Assembly (NCBI GenBank): GCA_963664325.2 | Contig: CAXXDQ010000003.1 | Location: 480,001 to 544,000 of the forward strand | Direction: 5' to 3' | DNA: 64,000 nucleotides | Source: Desulfomonilia bacterium | GTDB lineage: Bacteria > Desulfobacterota > Desulfomonilia > UBA1062 | In this document: positions 63,001 to 64,000 of the stretch, one piece after another | Layout of the letters: every line of letters starts with the position of its first letter | How positions within the stretch are numbered: position 1 is the first letter of the stretch | Program-made: the position numbers and the translations under genes | The notes under the pieces: model-generated | What the model was told of the DNA's origin: nothing | What the model saw: the letters and a program-made list of their open reading frames with translations, nothing else | The model's database searches: none

Positions 63001-64000
63001 ATGCCAAAGAGGATCTCCCTGCCATTGAGTTTGTTGACGAAGGTTATCCGGCTATGGGCATGGAGATCAGGATAGTCGATGACGATGATGACGTTGTAAA
63101 AGAGGGAACGGTCGGCCATATACAGATAAAAGGACCGAATGTAACCAGCGGCTATTACAAAAAAGAAGAATTGAATTCGGAACTGTTCTGTGACGAATGG
63201 CTCAGGACCGGGGACCTTGGTTTTCTATTAAAAGGGAGACTTACGGTCACCGGGCGTTTCAAGGATGTCATTTTCGTTAACGGCCAGAATTACTATTCCC
63301 ATGACCTGGAAGAAGAGCTTCAGCAGTTACCGTTTGTAGGTTTTAAAAATATGGCTGTTTGCGGGGTTACGGACCATGACAAGGGATCAGAATCTATCGT
63401 TCTTTTTATTAAAACAAAGAAACCCAAGGAAAATTTGATTGAATTGCTTGAAAAGATTAATAAGCATCTCGGAGCAAAGATCAGGGTGGGAATTGAAGCC
63501 ATTGTTCCGATGCATGACATACCAAGGACAACCAGCGGCAAGGTCCAGAGATTTATTTTGAGGGAACGTTATGAAGCAGGTGACTTCAGAGACAGGGAAG
63601 TCAGAAGGCTTGATCAGCGTATATATCCTGAAAATGACCGAAAAATTGAGCATGAAATCATAAAAAAGGAAGAGGTTCACTACAAAACTAAGGATATTGA
63701 TCTAAAAGGATTATTGAGTGATATGCCTTATGCCCTTGCAGAATCCAACGTGCATCAGTTTCTGCCGCATATAGTAAAAAATCTTCCTCAGGTACTTAGG
63801 ATAGCAAGCCTGATTGCGCCAGATAGCGGAATATTGCATGTGGACGAATATGGGAATGAAAATCTCCAGACTTATTCCGAGCTGATGAATTCGGCTGAAA
63901 GAGTTTTGGGCGGACTTAGGGCTAAAGGTTATAAATCAGGTGATCAGGCTATTCTTCAGATAGAACAATCAAGGAACTTTCTATCTGCTTTCTGGGGGAT
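60036..64000 (+). CDS. 3'-truncated large protein with at least three tandem fatty acyl-AMP ligase-type adenylation domains (NRPS/PKS-associated type)
   Basis: Hand translation shows an open frame from ATG 60036 (GGGGGA RBS) to the window end. QFSSGSTGDAKGV, SWLPYSHDMGLIG, NGAEPI, YGMAE, RTGDLG, GRxKD and TSGKVQR each occur twice. A third domain starts near 63720. Confidence 0.9.
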   Translation, partial: MMEYIYSKDSISKGPELNILPYFANTLPELLKNAITVGVNKGIIFVEADGSETTLLYKDLLEEASRVLTGLRSNGMKAGDNVVIQVDNDRYFLLAFWGIVLGGGIPVPLAIPNSFPISEGSEKVASVCSLLRNAFIVTDQDPSGYRDVVSRAVLIVSDLADNEPDRNYNDPDPDDIAYVQFSSGSTGDAKGVILTHRNILVNIYAIIEASGNPEQLRIRDELLGKPLEATDIPYSTCSWLPYSHDMGLIGFHLTPMAGSIMQIKMSTTTFVINPTLNLLLIDKYRITQIPSPNFGLLWMLYMIKDESIKGIDLSCVDALFNGAEPISPMAVRLFIDRFRQYGFNPKSMFPVYGMAEASLLVTAPPRNSETLYHMLDRGSFTENHVAVDAKTDLPVIEFVDEGYPAMGMELRIVDSEDNVVNEGKVGHIQIKGPNVTSGYYKKEELNSELFCDGWLRTGDLGFLLNDRLTVTGRHKDVIFVNGQNYYSHDIEEELQQLPFVGFKNMAVCGVTDHDRGTENIVLFIKTKKSKESLIELLEKINKHLGVKIRVGIEAIVPMHDIPRTTSGKVQRFILREKYEAGGFRDREIKRLDQRISPYSDQRTERKHSNLSISKGPELNILPFFANTLPELLKNAITVGVNKGIIFVEADGSETILLYKDLLEEASRVLTGLRSNGMKAGDKVVIQVDNDRYFLLAFWGIVLGGGIPVPLAIPNSFPISEGSEKVASVCSLLRNAFIVTDQDPSGYRDVVSRAVLIVSDLADNEPDRNYNDPDPDDIAYVQFSSGSTGDAKGVILTHRNILVNLYAIVEASGNPEQLRIRDELLGKPLEATDIPYSTCSWLPYSHDMGLIGFHLTPMAGSMLQIKMSTTTFVINPTLNLLLIDKYRITQIPSPNFGLLWMLYMIKDESIKGIDLSCIDILFNGAEPISPMAVRLFIDRFRQYGFNPKSMFPVYGMAEASLMITAPPRNTETVYHLLDRESFSKKHIAVNAKEDLPAIEFVDEGYPAMGMEIRIVDDDDDVVKEGTVGHIQIKGPNVTSGYYKKEELNSELFCDEWLRTGDLGFLLKGRLTVTGRFKDVIFVNGQNYYSHDLEEELQQLPFVGFKNMAVCGVTDHDKGSESIVLFIKTKKPKENLIELLEKINKHLGAKIRVGIEAIVPMHDIPRTTSGKVQRFILRERYEAGDFRDREVRRLDQRIYPENDRKIEHEIIKKEEVHYKTKDIDLKGLLSDMPYALAESNVHQFLPHIVKNLPQVLRIASLIAPDSGILHVDEYGNENLQTYSELMNSAERVLGGLRAKGYKSGDQAILQIEQSRNFLSAFWG
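60062..63629 (+). repeat. In-frame direct repeat with 1803-bp period (60062-61826 and 61865-63629)
   Basis: Near-identical sequence at offset 1803 (601 codons); duplicated shadow ORFs 60203/62006 and 60788/62591. Confidence 0.95.

Noticed and set aside
60062-63629. Diversity-generating retroelement TR/VR pair
   Set aside because: The repeat is 1.8 kb and in-frame, mismatches are codon-position biased rather than adenine-specific, and no reverse transcriptase is in the window.
60203-63680. Minus-strand ORFs listed in the track
   Set aside because: Antisense shadows of the large + strand ligase ORF.
1-64000. CRISPR arrays, tRNA/rRNA genes, prophage, known riboswitches
   Set aside because: None recognised by eye. 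tRNAscan or Rfam searches would be needed to exclude short RNAs formally.

Overview
Chromosomal window from an anaerobic bacterium, probably Deltaproteobacteria/Desulfobacterota-like (inferred from AhbC, the cobA-hemD fusion and gene style). Most of it is housekeeping: coaBC, udg, ald, hemW, ftsX-envC-ctpA-yibQ, a sirC-ccsA-hemA-hemC-cobA/hemD-ahbC tetrapyrrole operon, hup, rocD/proC/tgt, clpS-clpA-aat, ppk2 and nth. Secreted or lipoprotein hydrolases and transporters are interspersed. I found no rRNA, tRNA, CRISPR array or intact mobile element. The most unusual element is missing from the ORF track: a + strand ORF from 60036 that runs off the window (>1320 aa). It encodes at least three back-to-back fatty-acyl-AMP-ligase-type adenylation domains with no carrier domain between them. 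The first two are an in-frame duplication with a 1803-bp period and patchy identity. Other points of interest are a 126-bp ERIC-like palindromic element inside an aminotransferase-SCP2-APC permease cluster, an orphan flhG-fliA-cheY-like-fliL-like cassette, an MFS gene with four +1 frameshifts, an IS3 scar after ahbC, a GH57-like lipoprotein and a stub CFI-box C-terminal tail.
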